Both the position numbers and the translations under genes were made by a program. Shown here piece after piece: positions 12,942 through 23,728 of a stretch of 64,000 bases of DNA; the stretch's first letter is position 1; every line of letters starts with the position of its first letter. This DNA is from Octopus vulgaris (Eukaryota), in NCBI GenBank assembly GCA_951406725.2, contig OX597815.1:114328001-114392000 (forward strand). Direction: 5' to 3'. The notes under the pieces are model-generated. The model ran no database searches, was not told where the DNA came from, and was given only the letters and a program-made list of their open reading frames with translations.

Positions 12942-13069
12942 TTATCTATTAATTGTAGTAGAATATCTATCTAATGTGGCTGATAAGTTTTGTGAGAAAC
13001 GAATGAAATACTTATGGAGGTAGAAGTGGTTATATTACATCAATAAGCCATTTTCGTGTGAACAATAAA

Positions 13070-13390
13070 CCGCTCACTTGGCAAGCGATAAACACGTGAT
13101 TACACTCCAGCTGGAGAGCCTATTGTTTCTTTTTGTGTGTGTCTAATATTGTATATCTACAGCTAAGTGGACTCAGCTGTAAATGGGTAACCCTGCGACA
13201 GATTGGCGTTCTGTTCAAGGGGAATGTCGGTCTGGCCACCTAGCCAGCGGATTGGCATCATTCGAAAGCCACAACATTGCGGTGAAGTGCATTGTGACCA
13301 GCAGTGTATAACACATCCGACAATCTGCAGAGGTAAAGTCGAGTGGACATGAAAGACAAACAAGGGTAGAAAACATTGTAACAACAGCAG
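13070..13390 (+). mobile_element. Diverged SINE (Y-like module followed by a different tail)
   Basis: gtggactcagctgtaaatgggtaaccctgcgacagattggcgttctgttcaagggga resembles the family-B body end and Y module at 14570-14635. Confidence 0.5.
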
Positions 13391-13484
13391 TAACAGAATG
13401 AATAAACTTCATATGTCGAACGATAAACAAAGATGACTGAGAGAAAATATAAAAATGGAGCAAAAGTTCGTATACATAAAGTAC

Positions 13485-13524
<40 letters not shown>

Positions 13525-13757
13525 TTATCTATCTGCCTATATAAAGTTATATCAGAGGAGACTCGTTATAACTTAGTCATTGTCTTTGCGACTGATGCAA
13601 AATAGAAGAAAGTAATTAGGATGTATTTGATTTCCTCATACCGGATACTTAGAATATTTGCAACAGAGTGGACATCGCTAAATGCATCCAAGGGTTTGAT
13701 CGTAGTTTTACACTGGGCGATGCATTTTAACTTAATATAAAAAAAATTATATATATA

Positions 13758-13881
13758 TTCTGACGAAGAGCTCCGCTCGAAACGTTAAACCCTCCTTCTT
13801 TCCTGAGCGTCCAATAATACTATACTTGTTCCTCGTCCTCGCGTTGTTGCGTTTTCTCTTTGTGTTTTCATGTTTGGATTA

Positions 13882-13885
<4 letters not shown>
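13758..13885 (+). mobile_element. Penelope-like pLTR remnant with minimal hammerhead-like motif
   Basis: CTGACGA-a-GAGC-tcc-GCTC-GAAA-CGTT at 13760-13786, followed by a T-rich tract. The 5' arm of stem I is replaced by (TA)n. Confidence 0.55.
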
Positions 13886-13933
<48 letters not shown>

Positions 13934-13934
<1 letters not shown>

Positions 13935-14434
13935 TAGCAGTATCGCCCGGCGTTGCTCGGGTTTGTAAGGGAAATAACTATATAAGCATTTTTAGAGAGT
14001 TACTTCCTTTATAGATGCCAATTCGGGCTATCTTAGCCATTTCTGTTTTGGTGTCTTCAAGCCATGAAGTCGTTGTTCTAAAAGAACGCTGGTCTCCTTG
14101 ACAACGCATTACGACGTTGATTTCCTTAAACTCCCTTCCCCACAGCTTCACGAGGGAGGGAAGAAGGGGGAGAAGCAAACACAGGTGCAGGTGTTTGAGC
14201 GTGGACGCCAACTCTGCCGCCATCGACACACGAAAAATTATGCATTAAAATGGAATAAAAAATGATGTTAAATTATTTTTAAAATCGTAGACTCATCGTA
14301 GACGCGCGCTAATAGCCAGACGGGCTCGATATTAATCACGACTATAAGATACCCGAATTTGGTTAAACTGCACCACAAAATGTGAGAGGAGTTAGGAATC
14401 TAAATCGTAGGAGACAGACACTCACACAACTACA

Positions 14435-14450
<16 letters not shown>
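13934..14450 (-). mobile_element. Non-autonomous Helitron
   Basis: Minus-strand 5' end tatatataaaactgtagttgtgtgagtgtctgtc is similar to the element at 11787. 3' end cccgagc-aac-gccgggcgatactgCTAG|T. Sits inside (TA)n tracts. Confidence 0.85.
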
Positions 14451-14515
<65 letters not shown>

Positions 14516-14519
14516 CCAT

Positions 14520-14705
14520 GGAGGCGCGTGGCTTAGTGGTTAGGGTGTCAGCATCATTTCACGTTGCTCCAGTCAACTCAGCTGGCAAAAATGAGTAACG
14601 CTGCGATGGACTGGCGTCCCGTCCAGCTGGGGAACACATGCCCCATTGAAACCGGGAAACTGGGCCTTGCTAGGCTCTAAAAAGGGCACATTTATTTTTT
14701 TATTT
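14520..14705 (+). mobile_element. SINE family B head (B-box deleted) with tail module Y
   Basis: ggaggcgcgtggcttagtggttagggtgtcagcatca[deletion]tttcacgttgctccagtc...ctgcgatggactggcgtcccgtccagctggggaac; compare the head at 52465. Confidence 0.85.
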
Positions 14706-14977
14706 ATATATAACACATACACACGCTTCTACATTTGTAGGAAAAATTGAAATTTTTGGAACACTCCTTTTTCAAAAGAAACAGAGGACCTGAGTTGAAG
14801 ACTAGCGCGATTTTACAAGACCCCCTTTTACTATCTTTCAAATATATTGGTACCTAGTTGAAGCATAAAGATTTCATTCTTACAGAAAAAATTTGAGCAT
14901 TTATCACATCTTAAAGTAAACTTTTCACTTGTTAGAAATCTGTAGTTAGGAATGGATGCTTTTGTGTGTTGATTGTT

Positions 14978-15196
14978 TGGTTGACAGTAATCGGAATAGA
15001 GCAGCGAATAATTTACCTCATGCAATTCGTGTTGCACTCTACTTTCTGAGTTCAAATTCTGCCGAGGTCAACTTTGCCTTTCATCCTTTCGGGGGGTCGA
15101 TAAATTAAGTACCAGTTGCATACTTGGGTCGATCTAATCAACTGGCAGTCTGGCCCCGATAAATTTAGGGCCTTGTGCCTAAAGTAGAAACGAATT
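14978..15196 (+). mobile_element. SINE family D
   Basis: gagttcaaattctgccgaggtcaactttgcctttcatcctttcgggg..tcgataaattaagtaccagttg...gggccttgtgcctaaagtagaaa. Confidence 0.85.
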
Positions 15197-15324
15197 TGTG
15201 TTACACACACGTTGAGGTCTTACTACATTGGGCTTGGAGGAACATGATGAGAGGGGTCAAGTGGAGGATCCGACTAACCCCACTATTACATGTATACCGT
15301 ACATAAATCGCTTTTGAATTGAAA

Positions 15325-15650
15325 ATTAGGTCAACAGTTAAGCGATTGCATATGAGAGTCGACTTTGCCCAAAGGTACCGTAGACTTTAATGGAAAACAA
15401 AACTGCAGGCAAAGGTCGGTTGCATAATTTTCTTAAGAAACATGAGAACATTGCAGTAAGGACGTAGCAGCCCCTGTGGCGTTCAACTATATTTAGTTAT
15501 AACGTGACCCCCTTTTTTAAAGATGTGTAGATGCACTCCAGATAAGATTTGGTATCTTCAACGGAAGTGAATGTGCGATAATGCAAACGGCGAAAGAAAC
15601 CGTCGCTGAAAAAGGAGCTAAACAAGATGATGCCACAGTATTAGAGAATG
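15325..15650 (+). pseudogene. Decayed pogo-family (CENP-B HTH + DDE_1 type) transposase fragment
   Basis: Broken frames read RSTVKRL(A)YE...NKTAGKGRLHNFLKKHENIAVRT*QP, then PDKIWYL...MQTAKETVAEKGAKQ. These match the AGKDWxxxFLKRH and IWNxDETG..KGAKQV motifs of pogo/Fot1-like transposases. Confidence 0.7.
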
Positions 15651-17257
15651 AAATTCGAAAATAACACTTGAATTGTTCTAGAAGTACTGGTTGTTCCAAC
15701 ATACTCTGTGTAACATGTTCCAGCTAACCCCATTGTAGGGCGAAGCTTCTGCTGAGTCTGTTGTACATATGTATATCTATAAAAAGATAACATTGTGGGT
15801 ATAGTAATATAACCATGTGTTGAAAAGAAGCGTTTTTGTGAAAGGTGCTCCAACTAAACCGTCCTTCCCCTGCTTAGCGGTGTGCACTTTCAATTATAGA
15901 AAGAAAGAGTATTATCAAATATCTAATAAATATATAAACAAGCGATAAGAAAAACTGCGAGATGACAATAAATGAGTTATGTCTAGATTGTATTAAAGAT
16001 ATCAGCTAATTTTAAACAGCTTAGATTATCTTTCTTCATAGAATAATTTAAGTAATATATCTGAATAACATTGTTTCAGGGCAAAACAATATATGTATTC
16101 TTACATAGAATTATTTTCTCTATTGTCATTTATGTAACACATGCGCTTGCGCGCGTGTGTATTAGTTAACCAGTCGAGCTCTCTCAGTGGGAACGACATT
16201 ATCATACAGAAAATAGAAAAAATAAATGGGTGGATAAAAAATGAACGAGAGAAGGCTACACACACGACTGGATATTTATTATAAACACACAAACACGTAC
16301 ACCATATACATACACATGCACCCCCACTTGGTTGAAGTCTGTGTAAATAGGTAACTTAAAATCTTGAGAACAGTATGAAAAACATCATTATACTTAGTAA
16401 GACATCTGTTTATGCTTGCTTAATTATGGAAATAGGGAACCCTGCTTGCTCATTCTTCTGGACTAATCTGCACATACGAATTTAAATGTATTTACCCTCT
16501 TTGGGTTTTATTTATTCTGCAACCAGGCTTTAAGTGTGTTATCATTTAGTTATTTTTTTTTATCTGAAAATGTTCAACAGTCACGTTGGAGTTCAATGCA
16601 TGTGTGGTTTCAGTAAATAAACAAAATAACAAACCTTATTACTTCGTAAATAGTGTATAGTGCTTAAGAATGACTTGTGCAATCATTCAGTTCACACGAA
16701 ATATATTACACAGACACACATACACCACACACACAACGACTCCAATGAAAGTACCGCAGTATAAACTATATAACTATAAATACACGCAAACTGTGTGCAT
16801 ATAAACCAGTAAAGTTTCCTTCATACATTCAAGACCTACAATGCAAATAAATGCAAATAACAAATCAGATTTTCATACACATCTTTTATGTGTATGACAG
16901 GCAGTCGAAAAGAGGGTACGAATATGCTATTTGAGCCTAGTTGTAAGGCTCCGAGTTTTGAAATTGCTTTCTTTGGTTTGATTATCAGTTTATTTGTAAA
17001 TATACATCATTCGTTCTTCGAGAGCATAGGTCTTGAAGCACTCCTGCATTCTCACTTGCTAGCAGGTGGCTCAAATAGAGGATTAGCAGATGAAATATTT
17101 AAGCGTTTTGATTAAGGACTTCTCACATCTATCACCATTTTCGCCAGGTCCCGAAGGGCTCGTGTTACCAGTGATAAGCCATGAGATTTTAACTCATGAG
17201 TGCAGAGAATCAGAACAATATCCGACGCTCTAACGACTTCCCAATCGACTAATATAC

Positions 17258-17322
<65 letters not shown>
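17258..17322. repeat. (GATA)n microsatellite
   Basis: Read directly from the sequence. Confidence 0.95.
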
Positions 17323-17323
<1 letters not shown>

Positions 17324-17716
17324 AGAAAGCGAGACGGGGGGAGGTAGAGGAGGAAGCGAGAAAAGCTAACTTTAATATATGGAATAGTAATTCCTACTGA
17401 CTCCAGAGAAAATGTCATGTTAAATCCTCTCTTGCTAAATGACATTATATTTTGCACTCTAAATTCTTAAGCGTCTCTTGCTGGAAAGTGAACTTAGACT
17501 AGATGAGAAAACTTTTATTTAGAAATGGTATTTATTTACGAATTTCTACTGCCATCCCACCCTCACCTGCTTCGTTCCATTTGCCCCTTCGGTTGTCTTT
17601 TTATCTAATTTAACACCCATCATTCAAATTCCGTGAGGAGTCATGTATCGTTCAGTTTTAATTACAATTGTCTGCTCCCAATATATTTATGAGATAGATA
17701 GCCAGAAAAGATAGAT

Positions 17717-17782
<66 letters not shown>

Positions 17783-18172
17783 GAGAAAGTGAATAGCAGT
17801 TTCTACAAATTTTGCCAAATACAGTTGCTGTTTTGTTGTTGTCATTGTGTAGCCTTTGATTGAGTAAAGCCATTATCAAAGACATTCCAGCCATGACCGT
17901 CCCATCTTTTTTCTGATATAGTATAATCAGAACTTCATTATTTAATGTAGTTGTAAGGCCTTTGTTCGTATGTCTGCTCAGTCAGTGCTAACTTCGGTTA
18001 AACAACAACAAAATCTTTCAACAGCAGAGTTTATCAAACTCTAAGTACAGCGAGGGATCGTGACCCAGTGTGGGAATCGAAGAATGCCGAGTACAAATCT
18101 TCTCACAAGAAAACTCACAAATGACCAACCTCCCGAATATAGGCAATGGATCCATCTCTCGTTTTTTTTTTA

Positions 18173-18794
18173 TCCTTTAGCATTTAAAGCGGCCATATCA
18201 GGGACCAAATATTCAACCAGTTTTATGCTCAAACCAACCTCTATAAACATTCGAACCATCAAAATCTCGAAGCTACAAGATAATGGGTGCCAGTGTTGTA
18301 TGTGATCTACATGCCATTGTGATCCACAACAACTTAAATCTAGACGATCAACATTCAAATTTCTGTTATAAATTTGCAATTATAATTAGAGGAGTGAGTT
18401 AAACATTTAAAAAGTAAAAGAAAAAGAAACATTTTTATTGATTTTTATTTCATACTAGAAACATGAATACTGTGACTATTTGTATGCAGTACGGATATCA
18501 TTTAAAAATGCAATAAAGAGATTTTGCTAATTTGATCTTAAAATCTTCAAACAAATGAAATCTAAATGGGATTGAAATGTTTGCAATGGAACACCTCTTG
18601 TTTTTTTTTTCAGAAGACGAATTTTAGCTTCTAGATCACATACTATATCATTTAAGCTAATGTAGATCACAAGCTACACCAGAAACATGTATGTATATCA
18701 CATACTAGACCGGCACCAGGTAATGCCTGGTCAATTTGAAACAATGTGAATAAATAACCATTTCATCAGACAGAATAATCTGAATACTAAAGAG
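18173..18794. mobile_element. piggyBac-like MITE (decayed), split by a nested insertion
   Basis: Left end ttta|tcctttagcattta and right end tgaatactaaagag|ctaa are decayed forms of TTAA|CCCTTTAGCATT...AATGCTAAAGGG|TTAA. Confidence 0.55.
18286..18717. mobile_element. GG-terminal MITE with 8-bp TSD (Merlin-like)
   Basis: TIR ggtgccagtgttgtatgtgatctac vs the reverse complement of the right end, ggtgccggtctagtatgtgatatac (21/25). TSD agataatg (18278-18285) / aggtaatg (18718-18725). Subterminal tagatcaca repeats. Confidence 0.75.
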
Positions 18795-18994
18795 CTAATA
18801 TAGTAATGAGCAGAGAAAAATCACCAGCTCTATCAATTCCAATTGTTAAGTTATCACAAAATCTCACAGCGTACAGTGTAGGCGCCAACCGTACTCAACC
18901 GGACATTTCCTAGTACTCCTTTCCTAATACTGTATGTATAAGGACTATCTTGACCAATATGTTACATGGGAATTAAATCGGACTTCTGTTCCCT

Positions 18995-19188
18995 CCATAT
19001 CTTTTATCTTTTACTGATTTCAGTCCCTGGACTGCAGCAAATGCTGGAGAACCGCCTTGAATTGAATAGTCAAACAACTCGATCCCAGTAGTCATATTTA
19101 AAGCCTCATACTTATTTTAACATTCACAGAACCATTACGTTGTGGTGACATAAACAACAGCGGTTGTCATGTGGTGTATGAGTGAGAT

Positions 19189-19200
<12 letters not shown>
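18995..19200 (-). mobile_element. SINE family C, 3' half
   Basis: cttttatcttttactgatttcagtccctggactgcagcaaatgctggagaaccgccttgaa is the reverse complement of the family-C tail. Confidence 0.75.
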
Positions 19201-19264
<64 letters not shown>

Positions 19265-19434
19265 AAATGTATAATGCATAAACGCTCCAATCGGTCAAAC
19301 AACTTTATATCATTCCCAAATTATCAAAAATCGCATATAAATATATATTGAAACAATAGGGTACCCAATGGTAAGACCCAACAGTATAAAATATAAATAT
19401 ATACACGATTGGATTATTTATTTGATTAATGTTT

Positions 19435-19482
<48 letters not shown>

Positions 19483-20323
19483 AAAGAAACATTAATCAAC
19501 TTAGTTCTAAATATGTAAAAAGACCTGACTTATCTCGACTGAAATGCTTCTCATCATAAATTTGTCCAATCATCTATCAGGAGCTAAGCAACATTATTAA
19601 ACAACAGTGAAACAAAAAATATTCTTAAAAAATAAGGTTATGGACCTAACCACGCGCGTGTCTCGTGGTTGATCTTTCTTCAACGGAAGATATTAACAAA
19701 AGCGCAAATATATTAGTAATAATAAAAATGTAGGTATTTTGCTGTTAGTGATAGCTGATTTTATTTACTAAAGATTTAGTAAATAAACTATTACACTCGT
19801 GAGACGAATGTAAGATAGCTATCGGAATCTCATGGAGAAAAATACTAATAAAAATTTCCCAGAAAAGGTACGGAATCGGAGAGTAGAATATTAAAAATTA
19901 ACGTTTTCATAAAATGAAAATCTTTTGCAAAAAGAATCACCCAGTATTTTGCCTTTTCCTTTCTCAAAGAGGTTGTGATACCTATTCCGAAAATACCCCC
20001 GACCTACTATTACGACGATCTCACGAGTGTAATGGATTATTTGCTAAAAAATCAGCATTCGATAATAGGGAAGTACCAAAAATGTTACAATTTCATTTGT
20101 TTTTCCCTCTCATACTAAACACAAAGGTCCTTCATTTTTTGATAAAAGGTAAACAGAAGTTATTGCATTCATGTATTTTGTAACTGGAATTTGAAGTCAT
20201 GTCATGAATTCTACCAAAGACGCCACTTATTCTACGGTGCTGATATTTATTTCTTATGTAGGTACAAGGTTGTAGAATGTATACGAAAGGAGGAGGCAAG
20301 ATTAAGAGGCATTCATGATATTG

Positions 20324-20507
20324 GTTTCAATTTTGGTAGAAGGCCAGCAGTTTCGGGGAAGGGACCAAGTCGATTAAATCGATCCCAGTGCTCAACTGGT
20401 TCTTATTTTATCGACCCTTAGTGGAATTTGAACTCAGAACGTAGAGACGGACGAAATGTCGCTAAGCACCATACCTGGCGTGCTAACGATTCTGCCGGCT
20501 CGCCGCC
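20324..20507 (-). mobile_element. SINE family D with ~22-bp TSD
   Basis: TSD ttaagaggcattcatgatattg (20302-20323) / ttaagaggcattcacaatattg (20508-20529). The body carries an internal deletion. Confidence 0.9.
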
Positions 20508-21427
20508 TTAAGAGGCATTCACAATATTGACGACGGATTTTATGACGTTATTGTGAAATAAAAATATTTTGGATCCTTTCAATCAAGAGTTGAAACTAAG
20601 TTGCGACCACCTTAAGGTGCTCGCTATTTTTAAATAAGAAATTATAACACTAATACTTTCAATTAATTTGTTTTTTACAAGAGTACTAGTGGTGCTAAAT
20701 GATACGAGGTGATTTGACTGCAAACATGAATCGAAACTGAGACAGTATTAGTTCACAAGAAGCCTACTTCTAACTTAACGACGCTCAGTGCAACGCTACA
20801 AATAATTGCAGTGCAATCGATTTCCCCATCGGTGAAAAGAGTGCTGGCTCGACTCCAAATTAATCTTTGCTTGGCTCGATTCCAAATTACTCAAAGATTA
20901 AAAGGAGAAATAAGATAAGTGTTAAAAAAAAGTTGGAATTCTTTACTTTTAGAATTGACTTTCTTATGGAAATGTTTTTTGTTTTTCTTGTTTTTTTCTG
21001 AAAATTCTTGCTTATGTTCTTGTCAATTACTTGAAACAAATAGCAAAGCTATAGGAAACTAAAACAATGGAAGGAAAAAAATTGCTAAACATTAAAAGAA
21101 ATATGTTTTTAGGGATTCTTAAACATCTTCCTACCATATGTTTTAACAGAAACACTGTTGCTTCACTTATTTCCTTAACTGTTATTCTTAATTTTATAAT
21201 TAAAATTAACAGCCACTGTTTTTTTAAGATCATTGTAATTGTGTTGACATTCTGTTAGAATATTTCAACTGAGTACAGCTAAATAATCGTGTTATGTAAC
21301 AAGAATAGGAGGCATTGCCTGTTGTAGCAGCGATAGAATACTCTCGTTGCCAGTTCTATAAAGCTTAAGTGGGTAAACGTGAAGATATTACTTTACTTTA
21401 ACTTAACCGTTAGTATTACCAATAATA

Positions 21428-21625
21428 ATGATGGAGTCTCCACGTGGTTGCCTTTACTGCTAGAATTAGTGGCCAAATTTCTGGATATTATTTATGACAA
21501 CGTACAACCTTAAAAAGAAAACGACAGAGATTGTAGTCTGAAAATACAGGTTGATTACGGATGGAATGCCTTTAATCATAAGTCTACGCGATCAAGGGTG
21601 ACATAGAGCTATACAATTAGCAAAA
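21428..21625 (+). repeat. Interspersed repeat family E (unclassified, probably SINE-like; often ends in (AAC)n)
   Basis: Motifs ctgctagaa..agc...ggaatgcctttgatcata.gtctgc..gatcagggctgac recur at about 17835-18010, 22545-22770, 28300-28520, 42495-42690, 43590-43720, 45480-45680, 54290-54495 and 60110-60700. Confidence 0.7.
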
Positions 21626-22773
21626 AGAACATTCCGTTTTCTCATGAAAAATACGGAGCAAATAATTCAGGAGAAAATATTTGACTCTATTATTATCTAG
21701 TGTAACAATTAAAAATGATGATAACAGAATCAATAATATAGGCGATTGCAGAGTATTAAATAGCTGAAGGATTAAAATGAATCAAAGAAAATACTAAGTA
21801 TGTCCTTTGATTAATTTTAATCCTTCAACTAATGAAAGATAAAAATAATAGGTTCTTTTTAACTTGACACAAAGACCTTATAAAAAGTAAAAGAAAACGA
21901 AAATATTGTAGTAGAGTTCATGCATTTATCAAGGTAAGTGAAACTTCAAAAATAAATATCGATTCGTTGACTCAACTCAACCAGGAGCTTAGTCTACTGC
22001 AGTATACTTAAGTTGGATGAATGTGATTGATGTCGTGAATAAAAAAGCGATACTGTTTGTTTTTTCCAAAATGTCTACCTACAAGCTCAAAGCCAGTTTT
22101 TTTTAATAGTTTAATCAAAGAAAAAAAAAGGGCAATGTCCAAGACCGCTTTCGGGGCATACAAAGCTAGTAAGAGGAAGTTATCTTGCCTTAAATGCTAA
22201 AAACAGACTGGTTTCTGCTAAATATATTCACGGATTTTATAGGGTATAAAAACAAGCGACAGGTCAAGCCCATCAACCGCTGGAGAGACTGTGCTTTGAT
22301 CTTGGCGAAAAAACCTAAAAGACTCAATTCTAATATTTATAACATTGCCAAATGTACATCTCTTATTGTAACAATTGCCTCCAAAATACTACATCTCTGT
22401 TTTTAAAGCCATGCAATTCTTCATAATTGAACAATTGCGGACTATTCTCAATGTTACTAGCAAACACTAAGCGCTGCTCACCAACCACTAGAAATTCTTT
22501 CCAAATCCACTTATCGTTTACAACTATTAAACTGAAAAAATGAGCCGATGATGAGCTTCCACACGAGCTTCTTGAAGACTGCTCAACCTAGTAGAAATAG
22601 CAAATAAATATTCTACAATTCACATCTTATCGTTTTAAAAGGTGGCAAGTCATGTAGGATAATGAAGTTTAGGGTGTCACAACTGGAACACTTTTGACAA
22701 AAGATCTGTTTAATTAGAACAAAGCTCAAACTGAGTAGCAACTGCATCGATCTTACCATTATCAGTCTGTGAA

Positions 22774-22991
22774 GGCAGCGAGCTGACAGAAACGTTAGCA
22801 CGCCGGGCGAAACGCTTAGTGGTGTTTTGTCTGTCTTTACGTCCTGAGTTCAAATTCCGCCGAGGTCAACTTTGCCCTTCATCCTTTCGGGGTCGATAAA
22901 TTAAGTACCAGTTGCGTACTGGAGTCGATCTAATCGGCTGGACCCCTCCCCCAAAATTTCGGGCCTTCTGCCTAGAGTAGAAAAGATTATA
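22774..22991 (+). mobile_element. Full-length SINE family D, inserted into a family-E copy
   Basis: Near-consensus copy. TSD agtctgtgaa at 22764-22773 and 22992-23001. Confidence 0.92.
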
Positions 22992-23456
22992 AGTCTGTGA
23001 ATCGCTATGGCCCTACCATCCCTTCCGACTAAATAAAAAAGGGACTTTCAAGCAGGTAGCATAAGGTATATCATTTAACGCTGTAATCAGAGAGATGTCT
23101 TGTAAATGACAACTATTTCACTAGTTTGCCGTGCTGAGCGCAATTCTTACGTACTTGGAAAAGGTAACAAAGTCTAATGTAGGGTAGATTAACACAATTT
23201 ATGGAGAAGAATCTCGGTTTTACACACACACACACACACACTTTGCTTTGCGTTCTATTCTGCTCATTTTTCAAAATTCAAGAATATGAAATGAATAACG
23301 CGTGAATATAATGAAGATATTTCTTTGTACCAAACTCTGGCAAGGTGCTCAATAAAGGTGAATAAATTCAATTGTAGAGGGATGATATAATAATATACAA
23401 GGCTTGAGCAAAAGAAAAAATAAAACCACTTGAAAATAAACATCGATTATACACCT

Positions 23457-23728
23457 TTTATCTGTTTTAGTATCAGGACCACAGCAATGCTCGGACACCG
23501 CCTTGAAGGGTTATAGTCGACGGAATCCAGCCCGGTACTTATATCTTTAAAGTCTCGTACTTATTCTATCGACCTCGTATACTCAACCGTTAAGTTATGG
23601 GGATATACACATTTACCAGATCCATTCATAAAACAATAGAAGACACTTGCCCAAATTGCCGCCCAGTGGGACTGTAATCGAAACCATGTGGTTGGGAAGT
23701 TAGCTTCTCAGCCGCACAATCACGCCTA
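23457..23728 (-). mobile_element. SINE family C (internally deleted)
   Basis: Head reverse complement ...gaagacacttgcccaa...cagtgggactgtaatcgaaaccatgtggttgggaag. Tail ...caccgccttgaagg. Confidence 0.8.

Noticed and set aside
18705-18735. Apparent Helitron 3' end on the minus strand (CTAG plus ccagg..cctgg hairpin)
   Set aside because: It is better explained as the right TIR and 8-bp TSD of the 18286-18717 MITE abutting the outer element, and there is no matching TC 5' end.
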